NCBI GenBank assembly: GCA_963662285.2
Contig: CAXXMV010000001.1
Coordinates: 832,001 to 896,000 of the forward strand
Length of the DNA: 64,000 nucleotides
Source of the DNA: a bacterium
GTDB lineage: Bacteria > Hinthialibacterota > Hinthialibacteria > Hinthialibacterales > Hinthialibacteraceae
Reading direction: 5' to 3'
In this document: positions 10,627 to 20,137 of the stretch, one piece after another
Layout: every line of letters begins with the position of its first letter
Numbering within the stretch: the first letter of the stretch is position 1
The notes under the pieces: generated by a model
What the model saw: only the letters and a program-made list of their open reading frames with translations
Databases searched by the model: none
What the model was told of the DNA's origin: nothing
Program-made: the position numbers and the translations under genes

Positions 10627-13287
10627 TTAAAATGAATCTTCCCGCTCCAAACCATAAATAACCGGTTGAATCCATGTTGATGAATCGCATTGCATAAGCC
10701 ATGACAGTTGGTTGCTTCCCCGCTGCAAAGGAATACGGTAGCGATATGGCAAAATGCTATCATCCTCTACATCGAAGCGGGTAACATCCTTACCTGTCAA
10801 AAGGACATTATTAATCAGCAAACGGTTTTTCAGCTGGGTAATTTTACCTGAATCTTTTCGAAATATAAATGGGACAATTTCCGCAGGATTTATTTCAAAA
10901 CGATAAATTCCCGACTGCTCTACGTCGATATTCCAAGTAAGAAAACAGAGTCCTTCTGAGATTTTTTGAGCAGATAAAACCTCGCCGAGATTAAAACGCT
11001 TACTTTTCTTATCCTTTGAGATATCCTGCTCATTTTTGTTTTTTGAATTAATAAAACCGAGCAGCAAACTGTCTCCATCCAAGGTTTTGATTGTATATGG
11101 CGTTTTCCGATCGGGATCATCCGGCATAGCGAAAGAGCCTTGTAATAGGAGTGATTGAGGCGCCTTTTGGGTGGGAACCAACATTAAAGAATCGACGCCG
11201 ACGGAATATCCGGAAGAATTTTTATTCTTATCATTAACTAGAAAATTGATGCGCGGAGAATCAGAGGCATGAATAAAAAACGGAGTCTTGGGATTGAGGG
11301 GCTTTGGCTTCTTGATCCGATCATATAAATCCACCTTGTCAGATATCAACTGTTGATTAATCAGAATAGAAATGATTGCTCCAGACGGATCAGATGTGAG
11401 GCTGCATTTTAAACGATTCCACCCGGAATATACCTGACGAGGCAAAGTGAGCGCAATAGATGCACCTGCTTGAAAGGCGTCAAAATTAATTTGTTGATTG
11501 CCGCTCCAATCAGAACCATAAGGCAGCATGTCTTGTGGATCATAAACACCCATAACAGACTCGACAGGAAGAGTTTCCGCCTCCAATTGGCCTTCAAGAT
11601 ATTGCTCAGTTGAATCCATAACAATAACTGGTTGATTAATAGGCAGAGTTCTGAAATGACGCGCTCCGGCAGGGAGTATTACAGGAGTGATTCTTTCAAT
11701 ATTTTCCTGATATAAAAACACGGTTGATGCGTAATCTTTTCGTTTGATATTCCCTTTACCGTGTTCAAGAGTAATAATTGCGCCCTCTTCAAACTCGATA
11801 GGAGCAGGAAGGAATAATCTTAGAAGTTCGTTTCTAAAAGGCTTACTATTTTTCCCAGCCGTAAAAAGATGGTTTGTTGATAACACATTCCCCGCCATAT
11901 CAAAGAAACCATAGTTCCCGGCGCCATGGAAAGCCGGAATCTCGCTAAATGATGAAGTTAACAGCATGACGTCGCTCTGTGGAAAAGGAGAAGCATCAAG
12001 TTCCCATGCAATTAAATGCCCCGCTCCTTTAACGGATAGAGCAACATAGTTTTCTTCGCCCTTGCTTAAAAATTCCTTTCGCTGTTGATTCCATTTGAGA
12101 TTGCGAACCACCGTTTCATTATCTCTATGCCAATATGCATGAAAAGTTCGCAGGCGCTTAGGCAGAGTTGATTCCTGTTGAAGATATAGAACAAATTCAA
12201 AGGTATAGGAATTCCTGTCTGATCCATTTTCAATGACAAAGCGAGCTGATTCATAAAACGGCATCGGAAAATAGCAATACCCCCAACCACTGGTCTCTTC
12301 TCCAAGAGCGAAGGTACGCATTCCCCCTCCAAAAAAATCATACACCGGCGCCAGAATACTGGGGTGCTCTTCATTATCCCAATAAGCGCGTAAAACCAAA
12401 TCTCGCCCGGCATCATCTCCACCAGACCATTGCATCCTTATCCCCCGAATAACGGCGGGGCCTTCCATAGTAGTAAGGTTGATATGTTCTCCTGCGGCGA
12501 TGGAATGAGGTATTGAATATTCTTCGATATGGCTGCCGCTTTTGAAAGGAGGTATATCTGATAGTTTGTATCGTTGCGCTATTGAAGATAACTTGTTATC
12601 ATCCTTTTTAGGGAAAGGGAAATCAAAAGGGCTAACCTGCTCTTCAAAAGGAAAGTTGACGTATTCTATCTGGAAGTAATTTAAATCACTAACGGCAATT
12701 TTACAGAATTTTTGATATGGGATGGGTATGTATGACCAATATGCCCCGGATTTTTTATCAACATACACAAAAGGTTCGATGAAAGGCTTAATCTTTCCTT
12801 GAAAAAGATCCTGGAAATCAGTTTGGATTTTTGGAGAAGCTCCATCATCAATAAAAATACGTATCATTCCCGTAGGCGCCATACTCCAAATACGGGTAAT
12901 CGCCCCCGGTCCCTGCATTTCAGCAATTACAAACCAGTCTCCCTCCTTGCGGATGAAACCTGTTCCGTCCTGGTTTCCACCGAGTCGATCATAGCTGGAA
13001 GCCATGTTAACCGTATGATTTGGAGGAAGATATAGAGTATCGAGAGAAATTGAATCACCTAATAATGTGAATAAATCTTTATCAGGAGACGCAGATTGAA
13101 CCGGATTAATACATAAGGAGAGAATAATCGAATAAAATGCTGCGCGTAGAATTAACGCGCAGGCGATTTTCTTATTTGGCGTAACGTGGTCTTGACATTG
13201 ACGGCATAAAGCCGGGAGCCACGCTTGACCTCGAAACGAATAATTTCGTTGGGTTCTGTTTTGGAAATGAAATCTATTAAATTCCAA
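10627..13287 (-). CDS. DUF2961/GH172-like exported multidomain protein, probably catalytically inactive (true start possibly ATT at 13152)
   Basis: SSYDRLGGNQD, GPGAITRIW, GPAVIRGI, LRAYWDNEEHPS..PVYDFFG, YFPMPF, ITLEHG; canonical GEGD and GTEDYF motifs not found. Confidence 0.75.
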   Translation of the reverse strand: MEFNRFHFQNRTQRNYSFRGQAWLPALCRQCQDHVTPNKKIACALILRAAFYSIILSLCINPVQSASPDKDLFTLLGDSISLDTLYLPPNHTVNMASSYDRLGGNQDGTGFIRKEGDWFVIAEMQGPGAITRIWSMAPTGMIRIFIDDGASPKIQTDFQDLFQGKIKPFIEPFVYVDKKSGAYWSYIPIPYQKFCKIAVSDLNYFQIEYVNFPFEEQVSPFDFPFPKKDDNKLSSIAQRYKLSDIPPFKSGSHIEEYSIPHSIAAGEHINLTTMEGPAVIRGIRMQWSGGDDAGRDLVLRAYWDNEEHPSILAPVYDFFGGGMRTFALGEETSGWGYCYFPMPFYESARFVIENGSDRNSYTFEFVLYLQQESTLPKRLRTFHAYWHRDNETVVRNLKWNQQRKEFLSKGEENYVALSVKGAGHLIAWELDASPFPQSDVMLLTSSFSEIPAFHGAGNYGFFDMAGNVLSTNHLFTAGKNSKPFRNELLRLFLPAPIEFEEGAIITLEHGKGNIKRKDYASTVFLYQENIERITPVILPAGARHFRTLPINQPVIVMDSTEQYLEGQLEAETLPVESVMGVYDPQDMLPYGSDWSGNQQINFDAFQAGASIALTLPRQVYSGWNRLKCSLTSDPSGAIISILINQQLISDKVDLYDRIKKPKPLNPKTPFFIHASDSPRINFLVNDKNKNSSGYSVGVDSLMLVPTQKAPQSLLLQGSFAMPDDPDRKTPYTIKTLDGDSLLLGFINSKNKNEQDISKDKKSKRFNLGEVLSAQKISEGLCFLTWNIDVEQSGIYRFEINPAEIVPFIFRKDSGKITQLKNRLLINNVLLTGKDVTRFDVEDDSILPYRYRIPLQRGSNQLSWLMQCDSSTWIQPVIYGLEREDSF

Positions 13288-14321
13288 ACTATTTTTTCCC
13301 GTCTTCCATTAAATCCGAGGATAAGATCGCCTTTTTTCAATCCTGCTAAAGCAGCAGAACTATCCGGGATCACCTCTTCAACAACAATACCATTTATATC
13401 TTGCCCTAAACCTACGCCTGAAATCCAGCCCCGCTCGCGTTTCCCGGTTCGAATAATTGCAAGAGCTGAATCGGCGATGATATCTGATGGTATCAGAAAT
13501 GTGATTCCTGGCCATCGTCCCAGGGAAAATTCAGAGGCCATCACGCCAACCAGTTTGCCAGAAGGACTGAAAACCGGGGCGCCTTCATTGCCTGGATAAA
13601 AGGGCAGATCTGTTTGAATATATTTCTCTATATCATATAACCCAAGCAATCGATTGTATCCACCTATAACGCCAGAAAATGGAGATGCAGGAAGATCATA
13701 AGGTCGTTGAATCGCCATAACATACGAAGCGATAGGCAATTGGTTATTCCAGTTGTTCAGAGAATCATTAGCGCCCTGATTACTATTATATTCTTTCAGA
13801 TCAATGTAATTACTGAAAGTGACGTCTTCAACACGTAGTACGGCAATGCCGCTCAATTCATCTATGCCATGCAATACGGCTTTGCTTATCCAACGGTAAT
13901 CATCTTTAATAGCAATCACGGCGCCAAAAGTGGCGCTTTTTACTACGGCGCTTAGCGTTAAAAGATGGTGCGGGCTTATTGCCAATCCAGCGCCTCTCAC
14001 ACGATTATTGCTCAACATTTGCTCTTTCATCAAATCCAATTTACGCCGCATGGCGTTCATCACATTCTTGAACATATACTGACCAGCCAGGGCGCCGGAG
14101 CCGTCTGATACGATATCTGAATAATTATCCTGCAAATCGCTAAACTGATCCACCAAAACCTGGTGTCTCTCGATAATGTAATCTTTGGGGATTTCAACGT
14201 TAATAGAATAAACCGCCGGAGAATAACGGCTAAAAGTATCATAGATCGCCATATCTCCCTGGGCGGGAGCATAATAAGGCAAACAGCACAATCCTAGAAT
14301 AAATAGAGCGAATCGTTTCAA
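13152..14321 (-). CDS. HtrA/DegP-like S1C protease-fold + PDZ protein with no catalytic triad
   Basis: Signal peptide; YIQTDLPFYPGNEGAPV, GITFLIP, PDZ (RGWISGV..SSAALAGLKKGDLI). Confidence 0.85.
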   Translation of the reverse strand: MKRFALFILGLCCLPYYAPAQGDMAIYDTFSRYSPAVYSINVEIPKDYIIERHQVLVDQFSDLQDNYSDIVSDGSGALAGQYMFKNVMNAMRRKLDLMKEQMLSNNRVRGAGLAISPHHLLTLSAVVKSATFGAVIAIKDDYRWISKAVLHGIDELSGIAVLRVEDVTFSNYIDLKEYNSNQGANDSLNNWNNQLPIASYVMAIQRPYDLPASPFSGVIGGYNRLLGLYDIEKYIQTDLPFYPGNEGAPVFSPSGKLVGVMASEFSLGRWPGITFLIPSDIIADSALAIIRTGKRERGWISGVGLGQDINGIVVEEVIPDSSAALAGLKKGDLILGFNGRREKIVWNLIDFISKTEPNEIIRFEVKRGSRLYAVNVKTTLRQIRKSPAR

Positions 14322-14594
14322 GGCAATCCTCCAAACATTACGTATGATAATACTTAACCCAAGCGTACATAAGAACGCGCTTCGAGCATTAAGGTAACGA
14401 TCATATTTGGGGAAGTCACTCTAGTAGTGCGTCCTGAATCGTTTTACCGGGGAATATTTTACTCCCTTACCCCTGATCCTCTTTTGGCTGGAGAAGGGAT
14501 TTTGTGACCCTGAATTTATGTTTAGACATAGTGCTGGAGGGAAAATTACTGAGAATATATGCTCCTGAAATATAATAGCGCTTTTTACGCAGGT

Positions 14595-15710
14595 TTATGG
14601 TTTTATTCTTGATCCCAAAAGACGCATGATGAGTTTATATATTCGGTAACTCCTGCGTTGTTCAAGATCATTTCGCCAGCGCTGAGCTTCAGTTATATTA
14701 TGAAGGGCGGAGGCATAGGTCTCCTCCCAATTCTGCACGCCTAATTCCAACTTGGAGATATAGTCTTCCACTTCAGCAGTTAATTCTGGTTTTGCCGGGG
14801 AAACATCTACTGCGTCATCTTCATCAGTTTTATCATCTGATTTATCATCTGATTTATCAACTACTTGTTTATCATCTATTAATGCATCTTGATCATCAGA
14901 TTTAGGCGCAACGCTCTGATTTTGAGAGACGAGATCAAGAAGACCTTGCGTAACGATCTTCTGGAAAACAATCTCAGATTCGACCTGCTCATTGATAGGA
15001 GTTTCTATCATGCTTAAAGATATGGGTTGGTCAGCATGAAACAGATGTAAAAGTACTTTCCTATAAGCAGGCGACTTAAAATCGTGGATATAGAGTTCGT
15101 CCTGATAAATCTGGTTTATACGCGATGCAAGATCGAGAGATTTCGGCAAAGCCTCAAGGAGAACATCCAATAGTTGAAGATGCACCCAGCGGGAAATATC
15201 ACCCAGATCAAAAACCGCCACCTGTCCGCCAAAGGATTGCAATTGCTGAATAATCTCCTCAGTATCAGGCAGAGGATTCTGGGCATGCTCCGCCAACCAG
15301 GGGTGATCTTTATGATGAAGGTGAGTATAGGCGTCGCAAACCTGTTTCTCCGCAGCCTCTACCAGGGTATCCTTAAAAGGAAAGGTAAGGATCAAACCAG
15401 TACGCGAAACGCGAATCATTTCCTGTAAGACGCTAGCGCGATCCTTCGGATCGATATGCTCTAGAACATCCAAAGAGACCGACATATCAAAAGATTGATC
15501 GCGAACAGGAAGATGAACAGCGCTGCCGCGCATTTGTTCGCCTGGCGCATCAACCAGAGGATCGCAAATAATCCATTCGTGATCAGGCGCCATACTACGC
15601 ATACGGCCTGGATATCCACCGACATCCAGCACTCGTCCAGGATCGGGAAGCGCCCAATTAAGCAGATGCTTTACTGTTTCACACCGTTGCCACGAATCGA
15701 AATCAAGCAT
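14595..15710 (-). CDS. Class I SAM-dependent methyltransferase with acidic linker and C-terminal coiled coil
   Basis: VLDVGGYPG, LPVRDQSFD..SLDVLEHI; C-terminal coiled coil ending RSYRIYKLIMRLL. Confidence 0.8.
   Translation of the reverse strand: MLDFDSWQRCETVKHLLNWALPDPGRVLDVGGYPGRMRSMAPDHEWIICDPLVDAPGEQMRGSAVHLPVRDQSFDMSVSLDVLEHIDPKDRASVLQEMIRVSRTGLILTFPFKDTLVEAAEKQVCDAYTHLHHKDHPWLAEHAQNPLPDTEEIIQQLQSFGGQVAVFDLGDISRWVHLQLLDVLLEALPKSLDLASRINQIYQDELYIHDFKSPAYRKVLLHLFHADQPISLSMIETPINEQVESEIVFQKIVTQGLLDLVSQNQSVAPKSDDQDALIDDKQVVDKSDDKSDDKTDEDDAVDVSPAKPELTAEVEDYISKLELGVQNWEETYASALHNITEAQRWRNDLEQRRSYRIYKLIMRLLGSRIKP
14829..14859. repeat. 12-bp in-frame tandem repeat (tttatcatctga, about 2.6 copies) encoding DKSDDKSDDK
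   Basis: Direct repeat read from the sequence. Confidence 0.7.
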
Positions 15711-15868
15711 CGAGTATTATCCTTACTGATTTTGTGAATTGCTCACTAGAAAACAACTCAATATCACATATCCAAATTCAAACTAATAGGGATATAGAAC
15801 CATATAAAATTACTCTTTAGAATTATTTTACTTTTAATTGTCCTTTTCAAGTCAACTTGAATATTTTT

Positions 15869-16582
15869 TCACCCGATAAGCGTAGGTAATTCTAATGATA
15901 TGGGTCGATCAGAACCATATCCTTCCGCATAGGTCACGCCAATTTTCGCTCCTATAGTCCGATTATAAGCCTTAATCTGAGATAAATAATCACTGGTTCC
16001 AACATATTTATACCCATCAGGTAATTGCGGCTCAACGAATTGCGAGCGAAAAGCGGTGAGCGCCTGTAATTTTACTTCAAATTGATCTGAAATATCTATG
16101 GCGAATGTCATATTTTTTATTTCATGCAGAAAATAATACAAACACCATTGAGCAGAAAAAGCAGCCGATTCAGTCTCTACTTTGGGTAACCGGGCCAGAA
16201 AAAACGCCGCCTGAACAAGTTGTCCACCGGCTCGATGATCTGGATGAGGATCATGCGGCGAACAGACAAAAACATAGGGACTGCGAAACCGGCGGATCAT
16301 TTCGGCAACCTTCAGGCGATTTTCATGAGAATCAGTTATTTGACCGTCTCCCAGATCAAGATTTCCCCGGTGATGCAGTCCGAGAATGCGTGAAGATTCT
16401 TCAACCTCTAAAGCGCGAGTTTCAGCATCACCTTTTGTGCCAAGTTCTCCCCGGCATAGATCAATCACGCCAATCCGTTTACCGGCTTTGACCATTTTCA
16501 CAATGGCGCCGCCCATCCCCAATTCGGCGTCATCAGGATGGGGAGCGAAGATCAATACGTCTAATGGATTCTTATCACTCAT
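15869..16582 (-). CDS. bshB1: PIG-L family deacetylase, BshB1-like
   Basis: APHPDDAELGMGG, GELGTKG, DPHPDH, FRSQF, YAEG. Confidence 0.75.
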   Translation of the reverse strand: MSDKNPLDVLIFAPHPDDAELGMGGAIVKMVKAGKRIGVIDLCRGELGTKGDAETRALEVEESSRILGLHHRGNLDLGDGQITDSHENRLKVAEMIRRFRSPYVFVCSPHDPHPDHRAGGQLVQAAFFLARLPKVETESAAFSAQWCLYYFLHEIKNMTFAIDISDQFEVKLQALTAFRSQFVEPQLPDGYKYVGTSDYLSQIKAYNRTIGAKIGVTYAEGYGSDRPISLELPTLIG

Positions 16583-16675
16583 GACGAGAAACGCCTTTCC
16601 GCTATATATAAAACAACATTCTGATATCCTACGAGGGAAACGTGATCAACACAACCAGATCAGGAGAATAGTTCA

Positions 16676-17665
16676 ATGATATATCGGCTTGGAATGATAG
16701 GTCTTTGGGATCATACATCATACACATTAGGACCATTGCCGGAAGTTAAGAACGTCAAACTAACCGCCTGTACATGCAGCGAACCAGGCCTTATCGAAAA
16801 ACACCGCAAAAATTTCCCCTATTTTGATGAATCGGTGAATATCTATACCGATTTTCATGAAATGCTCGAAAAAGAATCACTGGATATAGCCGTTATCCAT
16901 ACAACCCACGGTCTCCGGCCTGAAGCCATTATCGCCGCCGCTAAAGCAGGCGTGCACATATTTACCGAAAAACCAATGGCCACCAACCTGAAAGACCTGG
17001 AAAATATCAAAAAAGTTATCGAACAATCAGGCGTTAATTTGACTATGATGTTGAGCATGCGCGGCTATGGTATATACCGTAAAATACATGAGTTAGTACA
17101 TAAAGGCGTAATTGGGGAAGTGGTTCTGGCCACGGCTCAGAAATCGTATAAATTGGGGGATCGGCCTGACTGGATGAAAAACCGGGGAACCTTCGCCGGA
17201 ACCATCCCATACATCGCCTGCCATTCCCTCGACCTGATCCGTTGGACTACCGGACTGGAATTCGTCAAAGGCGCAGCATTTCATAATAATATCGGGCGAC
17301 CTGAAATTGGATTAATGGAAAACAGCGCTAATATGATTTTACTGGCGCAAAACGGGGCTACTATATCATCCCGGCTGGATTACTGCCGTCCCGAAATTGC
17401 ATCATCCTGGGGCGACGACCGCCTGCGCATCGCCGGGCTGGATGGCGTTGTAGAGGTAATGAATGACAAAATCACATTAATAACCAAACAGGAAAATATT
17501 CACGAAGTAAAATTCGATAAAGACATATCTCTATTCAAAAATTTTATAGGCGCTATCGAAGGTAGGGAAAAACTTATTGTTCCTATGGAGGATTGCTTCA
17601 GAATTACCGAAGTGGTTCTTAAACTACGCGACGCAGCCGATAGTGAAAGCATGACGACTCTTTAA
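16676..17665 (+). CDS. Gfo/Idh/MocA oxidoreductase
   Basis: HIFTEKPMA, ACHSLD motifs. Confidence 0.8.
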   Translation: MIYRLGMIGLWDHTSYTLGPLPEVKNVKLTACTCSEPGLIEKHRKNFPYFDESVNIYTDFHEMLEKESLDIAVIHTTHGLRPEAIIAAAKAGVHIFTEKPMATNLKDLENIKKVIEQSGVNLTMMLSMRGYGIYRKIHELVHKGVIGEVVLATAQKSYKLGDRPDWMKNRGTFAGTIPYIACHSLDLIRWTTGLEFVKGAAFHNNIGRPEIGLMENSANMILLAQNGATISSRLDYCRPEIASSWGDDRLRIAGLDGVVEVMNDKITLITKQENIHEVKFDKDISLFKNFIGAIEGREKLIVPMEDCFRITEVVLKLRDAADSESMTTL

Positions 17666-17701
17666 GAAATCGTAATAGGTCAGCCAATTGAAGTGCGTTA
17701 T

Positions 17702-17788
17702 CCCTCCCCCAAGCCTGGGGGAGGTTAGGTGGGGGTTGATTCGTCGAAACGCAACCCCCCTCTAATTCCCCCCAAACTTGGGGGGAGA
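17702..17788. repeat. Inverted REP doublet (REPIN-like)
   Basis: ccctcccccaagcctgggggagg-ttaggtggggg followed by an inverted copy cccccctctaa-ttccccccaaacttggggggaga. Confidence 0.7.
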
Positions 17789-17884
17789 ATTCATACATAA
17801 ACGTTTTGTATAAAGCATAGTTATTATGCTATTAATTCAATGGGATTGAACTGTCACAATAAACCTACAGGTAAACAGACATCA

Positions 17885-18844
17885 ATGAAAAAAGCACTAC
17901 TACGCAGCATCGGCATTGGCATATTCGCATATCTACTGATTTACGTCATCGATATATCAGAATTGGCGACGGTTCTGCGTTCGTTCAATTTATGGGCGTT
18001 AGTATATGTCCTCCCATTCCACTTTAGTTTATGGACATTACGCGTTTTGCGTTGGAAAATTCTGCTTAAAAACGAAGATATTAATCTTCCCTTTTTCGAT
18101 ATCCTGGCTATAGCGGCATCCGGTTTTTTTCTGGGCTGCATGACGCCGGGACGTTTAGGCGAATTCGCCAAAGTCAAGTTTTTGATGAACGCAGGTTATC
18201 CATTTCGCGGGGCCTTTATGTCATCACTGCTGGAACGTTTCCTTGATCTGGCGGCATTGTTTTTTTACGTGGTTTTCGCTGTAGTAGTATGCTGGACTGT
18301 ACTGCCAGACGCTTTGATCTTTTATCTGGTTATAGCGGCGCTTGGTTTCATTGGGCTGCTGACGACATATATTAAACGAAGAAGAATCAAAACCATCATC
18401 CTGCAATTGATCCCGGAAACAGTTTCGGGAAACGTTGAAGAGAAACTAAGCATTCTCAGTTATTCGATCAATGCAACACGCGGCAGTCAACGCTGGGGGC
18501 TGTTGGGATGCTCTATCGCCATGTGGGGATTAAACCATATAATCATATACCTGTTATTCCAGGGAGCGGGATTCACTCTACCACTGTATTACACCTTCGC
18601 TTTTTCAACCATTGGATCACTGGCATCATTGATCCCCATATCAATCTATGGCGTGGGCATCCGGGAATCGATAATGATCGCTATGCTGCCCCTAGTTGGC
18701 TACTCACCAACAGAAGCCAAAACAGCCGGTTTCATGTTTGGCTTTATGTTCGTTATCCTGCTTATATATCATACGTTATGGGGTTTTATATGGTGGATGA
18801 GTCCGATCATGCAGCGTTATTTTTCGAAAGAATCAACTCCGTGA
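17885..18844 (+). CDS. Lysylphosphatidylglycerol synthase TM / flippase-like (UPF0104) membrane protein
   Basis: RVLRW, TPGRLGEFAK, ERFLD, PISIYGVGIRE motifs; start moved to MKKALL. Confidence 0.85.
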   Translation: MKKALLRSIGIGIFAYLLIYVIDISELATVLRSFNLWALVYVLPFHFSLWTLRVLRWKILLKNEDINLPFFDILAIAASGFFLGCMTPGRLGEFAKVKFLMNAGYPFRGAFMSSLLERFLDLAALFFYVVFAVVVCWTVLPDALIFYLVIAALGFIGLLTTYIKRRRIKTIILQLIPETVSGNVEEKLSILSYSINATRGSQRWGLLGCSIAMWGLNHIIIYLLFQGAGFTLPLYYTFAFSTIGSLASLIPISIYGVGIRESIMIAMLPLVGYSPTEAKTAGFMFGFMFVILLIYHTLWGFIWWMSPIMQRYFSKESTP

Positions 18845-20137
18845 CCGTTTATGCTGGCCAACCTCTCCCGATTGCACCAATGCGTATTTCATCAGTATCG
18901 GGCCAAGAATTTGATTAATGGCTATGCATGCGATAACCACTGTCTTCAAGTCGCTGGCCCAGATAAATTCATCCTGATGCAATAGAGCAACCAATCCCAA
19001 ACTGACCCCCGCTTGAGGAAGAAAAACCATCCAATATGAACGGGGAGAAGGTATTGCGAGTTTGCTGACGCGCGATGCAAACCAGGTGGAGAAGGCCACC
19101 ATAATCATCCGGAAACTGACTAGCAACAATGCTAAAGGCCACATTTTGGCTAAGGCGCCCAAGTTAAGAGAAGCCCCGGCAACGCAGAAGAATATCACAT
19201 AAATTATCAGCGATCCCTCTTCAATAGTCTCGATCAATTCAACGCCCTGGCTGGAAGCGTTAGTAACCCATATTCCAGCCGCAACGCAGACCAATAGTGG
19301 ATCGAGCTGAATCGAATGTGCTCCGATTGATATCAAGTAACAAAACGCCAAAAGAAATAGAATCGCATCCAAGCGAATTCGTGACAGATAATAGGAGATG
19401 CAGACGCCCGCCAATACGCCAAATAAAATAGAAAAAACTATCTCTTTTACTAAAGCGAATAGTTTTATCCATTCCCAAGCGTCCATCCCCTGCTCCATAA
19501 CGCCGACGGTCATCAGAACGCAAGTATACATAACAATGACGATGACATCTTTGACTACGGCAACGCCCAAAGCCAGATCGGTGCACATACCTGCGGATTT
19601 GGTTTCGGTGATTATGGCGATAGTGGTTGATGGAGACTGAGCGATGGCGATCACGCCAATGATCAATGCAACGCTCCACTGGGCAACATTGGAATAAGAG
19701 CCGAACCACGGGGTGAAAGTAATCAGCGCCCAGGTTGAGATAGTTCCCAGGGCGAAAAGCCATATTGTCTGACTGAGGGTTATGGAGACAATTCCTCTCC
19801 AACACTTTTTTATTGCTTCAAGACGCAGTTCTCCACCAGCAGTCAGAGCAATTAAGGTTAGAGCGATTTGGTCGATCAACTGGAAATCGGCGACCGAAGC
19901 ACGGGTAATCAATCCCCCTAGATAAGGTCCAATCAACATACCGCCGATCAGATAACCCGTGATTTTAGGTAATTTGATACTGGCAAGAATTTCCCCTAGA
20001 AGATAGCCCGTTAAAATAACGAAGCCTAATGAAAATGCATTGGCGCCATGCAGATTGGGCAGTTCACCAAAAGGATAGAGCCGCACAATCAGCACTAAAG
20101 CAATAATAAGAAAGAGAGCGCTTAAACGATTAATCAT
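18833..20137 (-). CDS. CPA2-family cation:proton antiporter
   Basis: LPKITGYLIGGMLIGP, AGGEL, SPSTT, FFCVAGASL, PQAGVSLGL, INQILGP. Confidence 0.85.
   Translation of the reverse strand: MINRLSALFLIIALVLIVRLYPFGELPNLHGANAFSLGFVILTGYLLGEILASIKLPKITGYLIGGMLIGPYLGGLITRASVADFQLIDQIALTLIALTAGGELRLEAIKKCWRGIVSITLSQTIWLFALGTISTWALITFTPWFGSYSNVAQWSVALIIGVIAIAQSPSTTIAIITETKSAGMCTDLALGVAVVKDVIVIVMYTCVLMTVGVMEQGMDAWEWIKLFALVKEIVFSILFGVLAGVCISYYLSRIRLDAILFLLAFCYLISIGAHSIQLDPLLVCVAAGIWVTNASSQGVELIETIEEGSLIIYVIFFCVAGASLNLGALAKMWPLALLLVSFRMIMVAFSTWFASRVSKLAIPSPRSYWMVFLPQAGVSLGLVALLHQDEFIWASDLKTVVIACIAINQILGPILMKYALVQSGEVGQHKRSRS

Noticed and set aside
14421-14540. Possible MITE with terminal inverted repeats around a REP-like core
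   Set aside because: The putative ends match too poorly and no target-site duplication is evident.
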